DNA of 64,000 bases from Octopus sinensis (taxonomy: Eukaryota). The stretch is taken from positions 13,206,001 to 13,270,000 of the forward strand of contig NC_043024.1 of NCBI RefSeq assembly GCF_006345805.1, given 5' to 3'. The position numbers and the translations under genes were made by a program. This document shows positions 1 to 12,639 of this stretch, piece by piece (positions within the stretch are counted from its first letter, which is position 1; the number at the start of each line of letters is the position of its first letter). The notes beneath the pieces are model-generated. The model worked only from the letters and a program-made list of their open reading frames with translations, searched no databases and was not told the origin of the DNA.

Positions 1-209
1 ACCTATTTATTTACTACCCACAAGGGGCTAAACACAGGGAGGACAAACAAGGACAGACAAACGGATTTAGTCGATTATATTGACCCCAGTGCGTAACTGG
101 TACTTATTTAATCGACCCCGAAAGGATGAAAGGCAAAGTCAACCTGCGGACGAAATACCACAAAGCATTTCGATCGGTATGCTAACGTCTCTGCCGGTTC
201 GCCGCCTTT
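1..209 (-). mobile_element. tRNA-derived SINE, family A (head AAGGCGGCGAGCTGGCAG), internally deleted
   Basis: Reverse complement matches the copies at 2153-2388 and 46218-46450 (CTTTCATCCTTTCGGGGTCGAT, AGTACCAGTTACGCACTGGGGTC, GTTTAGCCCCTTGTGGGTAGTAAA tail). Confidence 0.85.
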
Positions 210-717
210 GCAGATGTATTTATTGAAGTGGAGCCTATCAGCAACAGCAACAACAAAACCAAATCCATCCTCAAGCAAACGTCTGTTATTTAATTTATTT
301 AACCAAACAACAAAATCGAACTGTGAAATCAATGCAAACTGTGCGGATATGACCGCAGTATGTCGAGAGCCGTAACTTGATACCTCAGAGTATTTGATAT
401 CACAGCATTGGCCACTTCTACTGAACAGACGCGCTACCACCATATTTAGATTCATTGAACTATTTCAGGAATGTTCACAGTTAACAATTCTTTAATTGTT
501 TTTGGCATCCAAACTATGAGATTTAGAAAAAAAAAAATATGTTTTACTTTGTCACTGCTTATCTCGTAACTTCTCTCTTCTTACCTCACTCTCTCTCTCT
601 CTATTTCCCTCACTCTGTTTCTCTATCCTCTTATCTTAATTTCATCTGCACTCTTTGTCGCCTTCGGCTGTCTCTCACTCTCTCTCTCTCCCAGAAAATA
701 TATGTAATTAAATACAC

Positions 718-847
718 ATACATATATATAGAGAGAGATAGATAGATATGCATTAACATATGTATATACTTACATACGTACATACACACGCAAATACATA
801 AACGTGTATATATATACACATACACACACACACATACACACACACAC

Positions 848-878
<31 letters not shown>

Positions 879-959
879 TACACACATATATATATATATA
901 CACATACACACACACACATACACACATATATATATATATACACATACACACACACACAT

Positions 960-992
<33 letters not shown>

Positions 993-1019
993 AACATATG
1001 TACATATTTACATACGTAT

Positions 1020-1060
<41 letters not shown>
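718..1060. repeat. compound (TA)n/(CA)n microsatellite
   Basis: Direct inspection. Confidence 0.95.
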
Positions 1061-1922
1061 CGTCTCCTGTGCTATCACTGTTATACTCATTCTCTTTCTT
1101 TCAACTTTAGTTCTTTCTCCTTTCTCTTTCTCACCCGATCACCCTTTCTCTCTTCTTCTCTCTTTCTGTCTCACTCCTTCTCTAACTCTCTCTCCCTCTC
1201 ACACTCATTCTCTCTCTTCCTCTTCTTATATTGCAAACCATTCCAAATTCTGTTTGATTTACGCAGCGTGTCACATGTCAAAACTTATTAAGGTACATAA
1301 TAACAAGAACAACACCAACAACAATAACACAAAACAAACACCAACAACAATAACAATAATAATATGCATAACATTATTAATGAGGAAAATAATGAGATGC
1401 AAAAAATGTCGCAATCAAAGAAAACCGAAGCAGTTTAAAGAAGATGTGAACGTAAATACACGATGGTCCTATAATTTAGTCAACTATTTTGTAGTCGCCA
1501 TTTTAACTTTACATGGTTGTTTTTTTTTTTTTCTCTTGTCGCTGATTCTGCCAAAAATTATAACAGAAACCATGTCAACAATTGCCACCAAAGTACAGAG
1601 ACACGAACGACAGCAAATTATTACTAAAAACATGAACATCATCACCATAGCCACTTCTGCCTCAATCACAAGGATACTTGCCGAAGGCACATCAAACTAA
1701 ATCATGGGTTTGCAAATCATCTAGTTGTAATAATCACAGAGATATACCTGATGAAATATGAAAATATTCCACTGGGCTATCTCTAATAAACTTAGTGACA
1801 TTTCTTGCAATTACCTTGAAAAAAAAAAAGAATTTTTCATTAGTTCCCCTCGTATTTTTTAAGAAAATTATCAGCGCAAATAATATTTCGTCCACATAAT
1901 GGCTTTCATATAAATTAACTCT

Positions 1923-2137
1923 CAGGCGGCGAGCTGGCAGAATCGTTAACACGCTGGGCGAAAGGCTTAGCGGTATTTCGTCTGTATTTACATTCTGAGT
2001 TCAAATTCCGTCGAGGTTGACTTTCCCTTTCATTTTTTCGGGGTCGATAAATTACGTACCGGTTGCGTACTGATGTCGATCCAATCGACTGGGCCCCTCA
2101 CCCAACATTTCGGGCTCGTGCCTAGGGTAGAAAAAAC
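1923..2137 (+). mobile_element. SINE family A, tail type i (CCCC..AAATTTCGGGC..GTGCCTA..GTAGAAA)
   Basis: Head CAGGCGGCGAGCTGGCAGAATCGTT, box-B-like GAGTTCAAATTCC, body shared with other copies. Confidence 0.85.
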
Positions 2138-2152
2138 AAAAAAATTGACTCT

Positions 2153-2388
2153 AGGGTGGTGAGCTGGCAGAATCGTTTCCACGCCAGGCGAAATGTTTAG
2201 CGGTATTTCGTCTACCGTTACGTTCTGAGTTCAAATTCCGCCGAGATCGATTTTGTCGTTCTTCGTTTCGGGGTCGATTAAATAAGTACCAGTTACGCAC
2301 TGGGGTCAATGTAATCGACTTAATCCTCATGTCTGTCCTTGTTTCTCCTCCATATGTTTAGCCCCCTGTAGGCAATAAAGAAATAAAT
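2153..2388 (+). mobile_element. SINE family A, tail type ii (GTCTGTCCTTGTTT..GTTTAGCCCC..AAAGAAATA)
   Basis: Full head, GAGTTCAAATTCCGCCGAG, body and tail. Confidence 0.85.
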
Positions 2389-3179
2389 ATAAATTAACTC
2401 TGTCAATCCGCATTTACTCTGTAGTGAGAATTGCTTAAATGTCATTTCTGTGCAAGCAGTTATGAAAATCTCACACGGAGAACAAGAGAAAATACCACAA
2501 GTAGACAACCGATCACCTATTAGCTTCGTAGTCAAGTCTGTTTATGACTCATTGTTAATAGTATTCCCCGTAGCTGTTTTTTACTTTTGATTTTAATCGA
2601 GAAACAAAAGCGATTCTGCGATGAAACGTGCGTGTGATAAACCCAGCACTTGGCCTTGTAAAAGAGCAATGCGTAGACTCTTTGCAGTTCAGGAAATCAT
2701 TGATTTTTCTTTTTTTTTCGGACGAAGAGTTTACGCTTATGCAGGCAATGAGTGTGACTGGTGGTGCTTGTCAAATTGGTCAAAGTAATGAGGAAAGCAG
2801 CGATACAACAGTTGAGAGACAGGTCTGTTATTGATATTGTCCTGAATTCTTTTGCGATTCTGTCCTTTAGTTTTCTAGCAATTGATATATATGCAACAAT
2901 TTTGACTTTTGCCTAGTAGCCCCGCTAAAAAGTACAGTTAGATAAAAGGGCCCTGGCCTGAGAGGGTTATATCGGCATTTAACTATATGGAAGTCCACCA
3001 CGGCGCACTTGTGCCGAGTGGACGCAGGAGTAAGTGCATGGGTCAACACAATGAGTATTCAATGTTTTAGACATTGTGGAAGTCCATAAAGTGAAGACCA
3101 GTATGGTTCCAGGCAAAATGTCGATATTGTTTACATTCAGATCAACCTCAATTAAGGAGACGTAAATTGCTTGGAAATA

Positions 3180-3385
3180 TTTTTGGCACAAGGCCAGCAA
3201 TTTTGGGAAGAGATCAAGTTCGACTACATCGACCCCAGGGCTCAACTGGTGTTTACTTTATCGATACCGAGAGGATGAAAGACAAAGTCAACCTCGGCGG
3301 GATTTGAACTCAGAACGTAAAAAAAGGGGACGAAATGCCGCATAGCGTTTCACTCGGCATGCTACCGATTCTGGCATCCTGCAGT
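3180..3385 (-). mobile_element. SINE family A, diverged
   Basis: GATGAAAGACAAAGTCAACCTCGGCGGGATTTGAACTCAGAACGT matches the family in reverse. Confidence 0.75.
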
Positions 3386-3719
3386 CTTTATGAGCAATAA
3401 ATTGCTCGTACTTCTACAATACACAAAATATTTTAGGTTTCTTTTTAATACAATCCCTAATAAAATTAATTATGAAAATACAATATATTGAAATGCGGTG
3501 CAATCTGTCAGCGTATTTCGGGAAATGTAAGGTTCCACATCCGATGCGATATCGTAAGATGTGCGATTTGAGGGAGACTTGGCTGCTCTTTCTAACAACA
3601 TGTTGTGACTCTTTCATTGGCTTGATGCAGTTTTTCTTTTTTCTTTTTCGCAGTCTGCGGGGGATATTTCGATGCGATGCTGGCATCTGGTGATAATGAT
3701 GCTCAGGCCGGTGAGAGTG

Positions 3720-4560
3720 AAGGTGTTGCTGCTGTTGATGATGATGATGATGATGATGATCATGACCATAGGAACTCTGATAATGGCGTAGATGATGATG
3801 ATGACAAGGGTGGTGGTGTTGGTGAGGGGATTAGTAGCGTGTCACTTCAAAGTGATGTTGCTGATGATGATAGTCGCGGTGACGTCAATAAGTGTAGTAG
3901 TAGTAGTGGTAGTGGTGGTAGTAGTAGTAGTGGTAGTAGTGAAAGCAGCATTTAGTTTTGAGATAAGAATTTAACGCTGTGATGACGCTAGACAAAGTGG
4001 TGGTGATGTTGGCCTATATATAAAAAGTAGTAGAGGTTGTAGTAGTGGTGGTGGTGGTGGTGGTGGTGGTGGTGGCTGTTGCGTCGAGGATAATAGCAGA
4101 AGTAATGCTCTAAGTAATGAAGACGATGGTGGCGGTAGTAGTAGTGGATTTAGTGGTTTGGGATGTAGTTGTTGAGGTCATGGTAGCAGTGTATGTAGTT
4201 GTGGTGGTAGTGGTAATAATTGTTGTAGTAGGTGTAATACTGGGGATGATAGTGATGGTGATGGCGCTGCTGATGGTGATAATGGTGGTGGGGATGATGG
4301 TGGTGGTAGTGGTGTTTGCGGTTGTAGCGGTAGTGGTGGTGGTTTGTGGTTGTAGTGGTGGTGGTGATGGTAGTGGTTGTTTGTGGTTTTGGTGGCGGTG
4401 GTGGTGGTTTGTGGTTGTAGTGGTGGTGGTGGTTGTTTGTGGTTGTGGTGGTTGTTTGTGGGTGGTGGTAGTGGTGATGGTGGTTTGTGGTTGTAGTGGT
4501 GGTGGTGGTGGTGCCGATGGTTGTTTGTGGTTGTAGTGGTGGTGATGATGATGCTCATGG
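3720..4560. repeat. (GAT)n/(GTA)n/(GTG)n low-complexity tract with recurring GGTTGTTTGTGGTTGTAGTGGTGG units
   Basis: Direct inspection. Confidence 0.85.
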
Positions 4561-5019
4561 TGTTGATGGCGGCGGTGGTGGCATTGGCATCACAGGCGGT
4601 GGGCAGCAGAGTGGTGGTGGTCGCGGGTGGGGAATGGTTTAAATCGGAGAGTTAAATCGGTGTCTGCTACCATTCATGTTAGCCATACCAATGAAAATAG
4701 ACATGTCGTCACGATGGTCGTTCGTCGGTGGCGGCGGTGGTGAGGAGGAGGTAGTGGGTTGTCGTGCGGGGTGAGGGTCGCGGTGTCGGCGGCGGTTTTA
4801 GATCAGCGTCGTTCAAAGAATGAAGACATGAGACGAGAGAATGGAACCTAATGATGTAACTTGGTTGAGTAAAAGAAAGAGAGGTAGGTGAGAGAGAGAG
4901 AGAGAGAGACAGAGAAAGGAGAAGAGAGAGAGAGTGAGGAGGGAGAAGAAGGAGAGAGAGAGAGTGCAGCGTCAGTCGGAGGCAGAATTGACTAATTAGG
5001 CGTTGTATCACATGAAAGC

Positions 5020-5299
5020 CTCACACACACGCACACACACACATACGTACATGAGAGAATGTGTGTCTGTTCATTGATATATATATATATATATATGTAC
5101 ATATATGTATATATATATGTACATATATGTATGTATATATATATGTGTGTATGTATATGTATATATATATATAAGTACGTGTGCATATACATATATACAT
5201 ACATACACACACACACGCATATAGATATATATATATACATACATGCACACATAAATCTATCTTTCAGTCTATCCATAAATCACTGAATCTTTTAATCTA

Positions 5300-5346
<47 letters not shown>

Positions 5347-5470
5347 CAATCTTAAATCTCTGAGTGTATATATGTATATATATATACGCATATGAATACA
5401 TAAATATATTTATATATGCATACACAGACACGCACACACATACACACGCATACACACACTCTTATATATA
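5020..5470. repeat. compound (TA)n/(CA)n microsatellite
   Basis: Direct inspection. Confidence 0.9.
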
Positions 5471-6194
5471 TGCACAAAGCCATATATGAACGAATGTGGC
5501 AACGAGATTTCCTTGTTTCATGCTAATCTCATCTTTTATTCTCTTTCTTTGGTTCTGTCTTCTGGCATTGAGTACTCACTCAGACAGACGAGAAAGAAAT
5601 ATGGTAATTTGCAGGAATTCAAGATTCGCGAATCATGAAGTAAGATAATGTGATGCCTTTTCCTCAAAGTAAAGGTTACGCGGCTCTGAAGGAAATTTAT
5701 AAGAAAGATTTCTATCACTAGTACCACGTAAATTGCACCATCTTGATAAATTTCTTATTTCCTTCGGTAGAATAATGGTATTTTCACTGATTTGAAGTTT
5801 TTGCATAAGGCTAGCAACTTCAGAGGAGGGGCCCTAGTCAGTTCTGCGAAAGAATGAAGGGTGAATTGGAATTTGATCACAGAACGTAAAAAACGGGTGA
5901 AAAGACGCTAAGCATTTGGCCCAGCCCTGCTAACACTTCTACCCGACCCCTTGATACTTTCATTATCGAACGCCAGGGGAAGAAAGGTAAAGTGAAACAA
6001 AATTTGAAATAAATCGAAATGGATGATATCCATTGGCTTTCATATTTTTTGTCTTCGTAATTTAGCGATTCTAGTTACGATACGAGGTCGATGATTTAAG
6101 CATCTTAAAAATGGTTTTGCGTTCAATTCTTACCACATTTAGCTTTACCGTACATCCTTTCGAAGGTCAATAAAATGAAATATAAGTTAAATAT

Positions 6195-6325
6195 TTTACT
6201 CCTTTCAGTCTTGAAGGATTTTAATCGCAGAAACGGACCCTAGGACTTATATTTTCTAAGCCTGGCACTTATTCTATCGGTTCTTTTGCTGAACTCCTAA
6301 ATCGCAAGGATGTTACTACGTTTCG
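6195..6325 (-). mobile_element. SINE family B, 3' fragment
   Basis: GGACTTATATTTTCTAAGCCTGGCACTTATTCTATCGGTTCTTTTGCTGAAC matches 14650-14710. Confidence 0.65.
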
Positions 6326-6601
6326 TTTTTCTCTAACAACAGGAAAACGAGAGAAAAATTATGCAACCAGCTTCAGGATACGTTGAGGACATAAACACGT
6401 AAATGACACCTAAACCATTTGCATACTGCTCTTCACATTTCAATCCAGGACGCACGTTATTTGCATTGAGTAAATTAATTTGCATAACGTTCGTTTGTTG
6501 CAGGTAGTACTAAATAATTAATATTTATGTTCAACGCAGAGTGCAATAGAAAATTAAAATAGCTTGAAATATAGTTTTGAAATGATTGCTTTTGGAAAAT
6601 T

Positions 6602-6767
6602 AAGCAGTGGCTGTGTGGTAAGAGGTTTGGTTTCCAGCCACGCGGAGTTTCGGGTAGAGTCCCACTGCGTGTCACCTTGGGTATGTGTCTTCAAATATAG
6701 CTTCGGGCTGACCAAAGCTTTGTGGGTCGATTTGGCTGACAGGAAACTAAAAGCCTGTCGTCGTATG

Positions 6768-6833
<66 letters not shown>

Positions 6834-7286
6834 TAATCCAAACAAGAAAGCACAAAAAAACACAATAACGCAAGGACGTGGAACAAATATAGTATTATTG
6901 GACGCTCAAGAAAGAAGGAAAGGAGGAGGGTTTAACGTTTCGAGCGGAGCTCTTCGTCGGAAACATAGAAGGAAAGATCCAGAGAAGGAAAGACAGAGGA
7001 AAAAAATCGCCAACGGTCCACAGGAGGAGATACAGATAGATAGATAGATAGAAATATGCATACATACACACACACATACATACATACATATTTAATTGTG
7101 TCTGCGTTTGTCCGCCACTACCGCTTAACAAACGGTGCTGGTGTGTTTACGTTCCTGCAACTTAGTGGTTCGATTTAAGGGACTGCCAGAATAAATACGA
7201 GGCTTAAGAAATATATAAGTTTAAAATTTCTAAGGCAGTGCCCCATCATGGACGCAGTCTATGGACTGAAACAAGTAAAAGAGAAA
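6602..7286 (+). mobile_element. SINE family B (tRNA head plus CORE-like CCTTGGGCAAGTG domain), split by an insertion in its internal microsatellite
   Basis: 5' half 6602-6775 and 3' half about 7078-7286 match the intact copies at 14567-14993 and 49045-49463. A CORE domain has been described for an octopus SINE (established knowledge); family identity is not verified. Confidence 0.8.
6830..7045 (-). mobile_element. non-autonomous Penelope-like/retrozyme-like element with hammerhead-like core
   Basis: Minus strand reads CCGACGA-A-GAGC-TCC-GCTC-GAAACG...CGTC; the element sits inside a (TA)n tract. Confidence 0.45.
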
Positions 7287-7946
7287 TGCTAAGCGTAAAT
7301 CAACATTCTTATTCCGTTGGTATAGAGGAAACCAAACTAAATTATTCTTAAATGTGTCACAGTTTGCCCAAGAGTCATCAGATTAGGAGTACCCTGAACT
7401 GTTTAGATAACAAGCCCGTCTTTTAATTGTGCCATTGGCAAACACCACATATCTATAAACGGCCACCATAAATTGCATAAGTTCTAGTTTGTGCTTGATT
7501 TAAATAGTAACTTTATATAAATATTAGCCATTGATTGATCCGTTGGAACACTTCCCTTCGAAGCCGACTGAGTTCCACTTATTTACAGGTAAGTTGTAGT
7601 TGTATCTGATTTAAATAGTAACTTTCTGCGAATATTCTTTATTGCTTGATCAGTTCGAAGAGTGCTCGTCGAAACCGACAAAGATCCACTTCCAACCAGA
7701 AATGATAAGATATATTTAGACACATGTTGAAAAGGAATTGAAGAGTGTTGGCTTAATACTATCTTTTGGCGATTGTTTCTCCGCTAATAATTAGTTATTA
7801 AGGATAGGAAACTGTGAAAAATGGACTCCCTTTGCTCATGATGGAATTACAGGGGGAGGTGGGGGTCACTTAGTGAAACATGGTGAAAAATTAATGATAA
7901 TACGTGTATGTGAGTGTATGTGTGTCTGTGGAGTGCGGAAGAGAAT

Positions 7947-7978
<32 letters not shown>

Positions 7979-8299
7979 AAGAGAGAGAGTGAGAGAGCTA
8001 GAGAGAGTGAGAGAGCTAGAGAGAGAGAGAGAGAGAGAGAAGACGGTGGTCAATTATGGTAGAGTTCTGTAGCTGGCTCAGATGGCGATCAGTAGCCTGA
8101 TCAGATATCTATACTATATATTTGCGTTGTGCTTCTGTTCACACCTAGAAAGATGTCTGAGTGGAAACCCTGTGGGGACTGAAAGCGTTCAGACGGCGGA
8201 TATGGGGTGGCGAGGAGGGTGAGAAAGCAGTGTAGACGAGAGGAAGAGACTGTCAGACGGACGTTTACACTATGAGGCAGACGTGGTGAGAAACGTATC

Positions 8300-9020
<721 letters not shown>

Positions 9021-9247
9021 ATGTGTATGTGTGTATGCGTGAGGGTGCATGTCAGTGTGTGCTTTGAAAATCAGAATTAGTGATGCGAGTCCTTACTATT
9101 CGGTGTGGAGCGTATTTACGTCACACATCATTTGAATTCGGTGTTGAAACGTTGGAGAGTTATTATATAGATTTACACGGTCGCGATTACCAAACAAATA
9201 ACCTTACATACATTTGTGCATACATATATACATTCATGCATTACAAA

Positions 9248-9308
<61 letters not shown>

Positions 9309-9316
9309 TACGTATA

Positions 9317-9347
<31 letters not shown>

Positions 9348-9351
9348 ATAC

Positions 9352-9405
<54 letters not shown>

Positions 9406-9421
9406 TATATATATATATATA

Positions 9422-9519
9422 AAAGAAAACCTCTCTCATATAGTGTTTGCTCAATTCAACTCACGCAAATATGGGGGTGAGTTGAATTGAGCAAACACTA
9501 TATGAGAGAGGTTTTCTTT
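9422..9519. repeat. perfect 43-bp inverted repeat with 12-nt loop
   Basis: 9422-9464 is the exact reverse complement of 9477-9519. Confidence 0.95.
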
Positions 9520-9809
9520 AAGTATTAGAAATAGTTTTTAAAAAAGTTTTTTGGCTGCTATTTCTAATGAGTTCAGTATGCGGCAAAGTAATTTATTTTA
9601 CTAAGCCCTTTTATATAATGTAATAATTTGAATTCGCCTTAAATGGTCCCTTTGCATACTGAATACTTGGTGAAATTGATTAATTAATTAATTTTACCCT
9701 CAATTGTTGAAATTATATATATATATATATATTAATTAACAATTGAGGATAAAATCTTTAAAAGAAATTATACGTATATAAATATATACGTATATATGGA
9801 TACATATAC

Positions 9810-9849
<40 letters not shown>

Positions 9850-10379
9850 GTATATATGGATACATATATACATATACGTATATATATATATACATATATA
9901 CATACATTTGTATATGTATACAGGCACACATGCATATATATATACGTACGTAAATTTATACATACGTATATGTATGTATGTATCTATCTATCTATAAATA
10001 TATATATATGCATATATATACACATATATATATATATATATACATATACTTATATACATGTATATACACATGCATACAAACCTAATGTATGCATACATTA
10101 TTACATACAGACATATTTTCATGCGTGCACACATTCAAGCATGCATGCATACACAAATACAAGCGTGCATACAAGAATATACGCATCTATCCATCTACAT
10201 GCGCGTAGCTGTGTCTATATACATAAGCATACTATTAAATTGGTCCAATTATGTCTGTGGTATATTTGGCCTGTCAAAATCAATTTTCCCTACGGTTTGC
10301 CTTGGTGTAAATTATTCTGGCTTTATTGTTAAAACCTAAACAATCATATAAGGACCCTTATTAGTAAGCCTGTGGATGC

Positions 10380-10600
10380 ACTTCTAGCTTCGTTGATATC
10401 ATCAGTTCCAGGTACAGTAAAGGAGACAATCCTTAAATGAATTTGGAATTATATATTCTCAACTTGTCTTCTGGGGAAGTCATAGCTGTTGTTAAAGTCT
10501 CTCGAAAGCTTTGCTGAAATCGAGAATATATCCAGGCTGGAACAGTCCGAAGAGCATTCAGAAGGCCATCAACGTACCGCAGGATCTATATCAGATAATC
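10380..10600 (-). mobile_element. possible LINE reverse transcriptase relic
   Basis: Minus-strand YILDFSKAFE resembles the RT motif LDFSKAFD; surrounding frames are broken. Confidence 0.3.
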
Positions 10601-10839
10601 TTCTAGACTCACACCACCGCCACCACGACCACCACCAATAAGTCGAAGACGTTAAGCGTTGTGAAATGTTTGGTCCCTCCTCATTGTACTAAATATCATT
10701 CTCGACAGCTCAAAGGAGTTTAGGTGTGCTCCTTCGACCTTCCAGAAATAAGACAAACCCTAACACCCTATCATAGAACATCCTGCCATCATATAGAAGG
10801 AAAAATTGAATGATATGGGCCAAGATATTAAAAAAATAT

Positions 10840-11263
10840 ACGTGGTTGTGAGCTACGACGTTTGTTTCCCAATCTCGTGTTTACGTGTTCAGTTCCACTA
10901 CGCGGCACATTGGGCAAGTGCCTTCTACTACAGCCGTGGAACAAACAAAGCCTTGTGAGTGGATTTAGTAGACGTAAACTGAATGAAGATCGCCGTATAT
11001 ATATATATAAATGTGTGTGTGTGTGTATGTTTGAGTGCATGTGTGTGCATGTGTCTTCGCTTCCGTGTTTACCCGCACCACCACTTGACAACCGGTGTTT
11101 GTGTGTTTACGACCTCATAACCTAATGGTTCAGCAAAAGAGACTGATAGGAAAACTACCAGGCTTAGAAAACGCATTGGTGTCCATTCTTTCGACTAAAA
11201 TTCCTCAAGTTGCTGCCCCAGGATGGCCGCAGTCTAATGACTGACACAATTAAAAGATAAAAG
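10840..11263 (+). mobile_element. SINE family B
   Basis: TTGGGCAAGTG core, internal (TA)(TG) microsatellite, AAAAGATAAAAG tail. Confidence 0.8.
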
Positions 11264-12639
11264 CTAATCGCGAGGCCGAAATTCCTATGATCATCAGTCA
11301 GTACAATGAGGAAATACTTCTTAGAAATAGCAGCCAAATTATAACCTAAGATCTTTCAGCAAGAAGGACCCGTTAAATATTGTAATCGTCTATACATTAA
11401 TAGACTGGATGGTCACGATTGGAATATATAAGTATGTCCAGATAGAGCAGACTTTGGATTAAGCACCTACAACAGTGACAGTAGCAGCTGCACTATTGGG
11501 TGTCGTTTTGGTCGGTTTGCTTACTAGAAATAGCAGCTAAATCACTCTGAAAATCTGCCTGTTTTTCTTTGTATAAGGAAAGACAGAGACATGAGGTAAA
11601 GTAGTGCCACAAACGCACTAAATATAGAACATTCTCGACTGGAATTCTCTTGATAATAGTTTAGCTTAATCAGAGTTATGTGAACTTAGTTATAACAACA
11701 ACACATTACAACAACAAGAAGAGCAATATCGACAGCGAAAGTATTTCTCTAGAGAAGAGTATTATTAAAATCAGAAAATCACTAATATTCCCTAATTAAC
11801 TGAAGATAGAAGATAAAATGTCGATTAGATTTCGTCTCCATTTGTCACAAAATGAATACTAAATCTTGTTTATCTAAATATAGAGAAATATGGAAAATTG
11901 AATTGCAACGACTATAATGAAGCTAAAATTGTAGAAAATGGCTATTTAATATTCAGACAGAAGAATCTCAAATAAAAGTATTCTAGACCACTATTTGGAG
12001 ACGTTTCACCAATAAATGGAATCTTTTCGACTTATAATAATCAATAGATTAACGCGAAATACGAAAGTAAATCAGAGAAACATCATTTCATTTCAAGCAA
12101 AATCTTCCATCTTATGAGTAACCATCCATTTGTATGCTAAGTAAAATTGATATTGGCTTTTCTTATGGTTTAACACAGATGTAAATAGATGAATACATGA
12201 ACTCTGTAGCATGTCAGAGGCTGGTGATGGGTTTCCTCTCTATTTGTGTTTCACTATTTGCGATCTTTCAGGCAATCGTAAAACTAACGTAATGGCCTTA
12301 ATATGGTTTATCTTCAGATTGAATGTCTCCGAACTTCACTGTCAAATACAGGTAATAAGAAGATGAAATAAAGAAATTCTAGAGAACTTAAGTACTACAG
12401 AGGGAAGTTTGACAATTTTTTCACAGTGTGTTTACAGAATAGTGACAGCAGGACTGGAGAAACCATGACATGGTTTCTCCAGGATTTTCCGCTTCACATT
12501 TTGGCCATAAAATAAATTCGGGTTTTCGCACCAAGGAAGAGGAAGGTCATAAGTTTTTTCCAATGCCGATGATAAAATATTAGTTTTTAAAATATGAATA
12601 AAAATCTGTCGAAAACATATTCATCCTGTTGTTTTAATT

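Noticed and set aside
631-1700. ORFs 631-1059 and 804-1700, and all similar YI/CV/HT-repeat ORFs in the window
   Set aside because: They are translations of dinucleotide microsatellites; the non-repetitive tail of 804-1700 has no recognisable domain.
1748-1770. Hammerhead core at CTGATGA
   Set aside because: No stem II, GAAA and stem III arrangement follows.
3677-4558. Asp-, Val-, His- and Pro-rich ORFs
   Set aside because: Trinucleotide-repeat artefacts open on both strands, with no splice or domain support.
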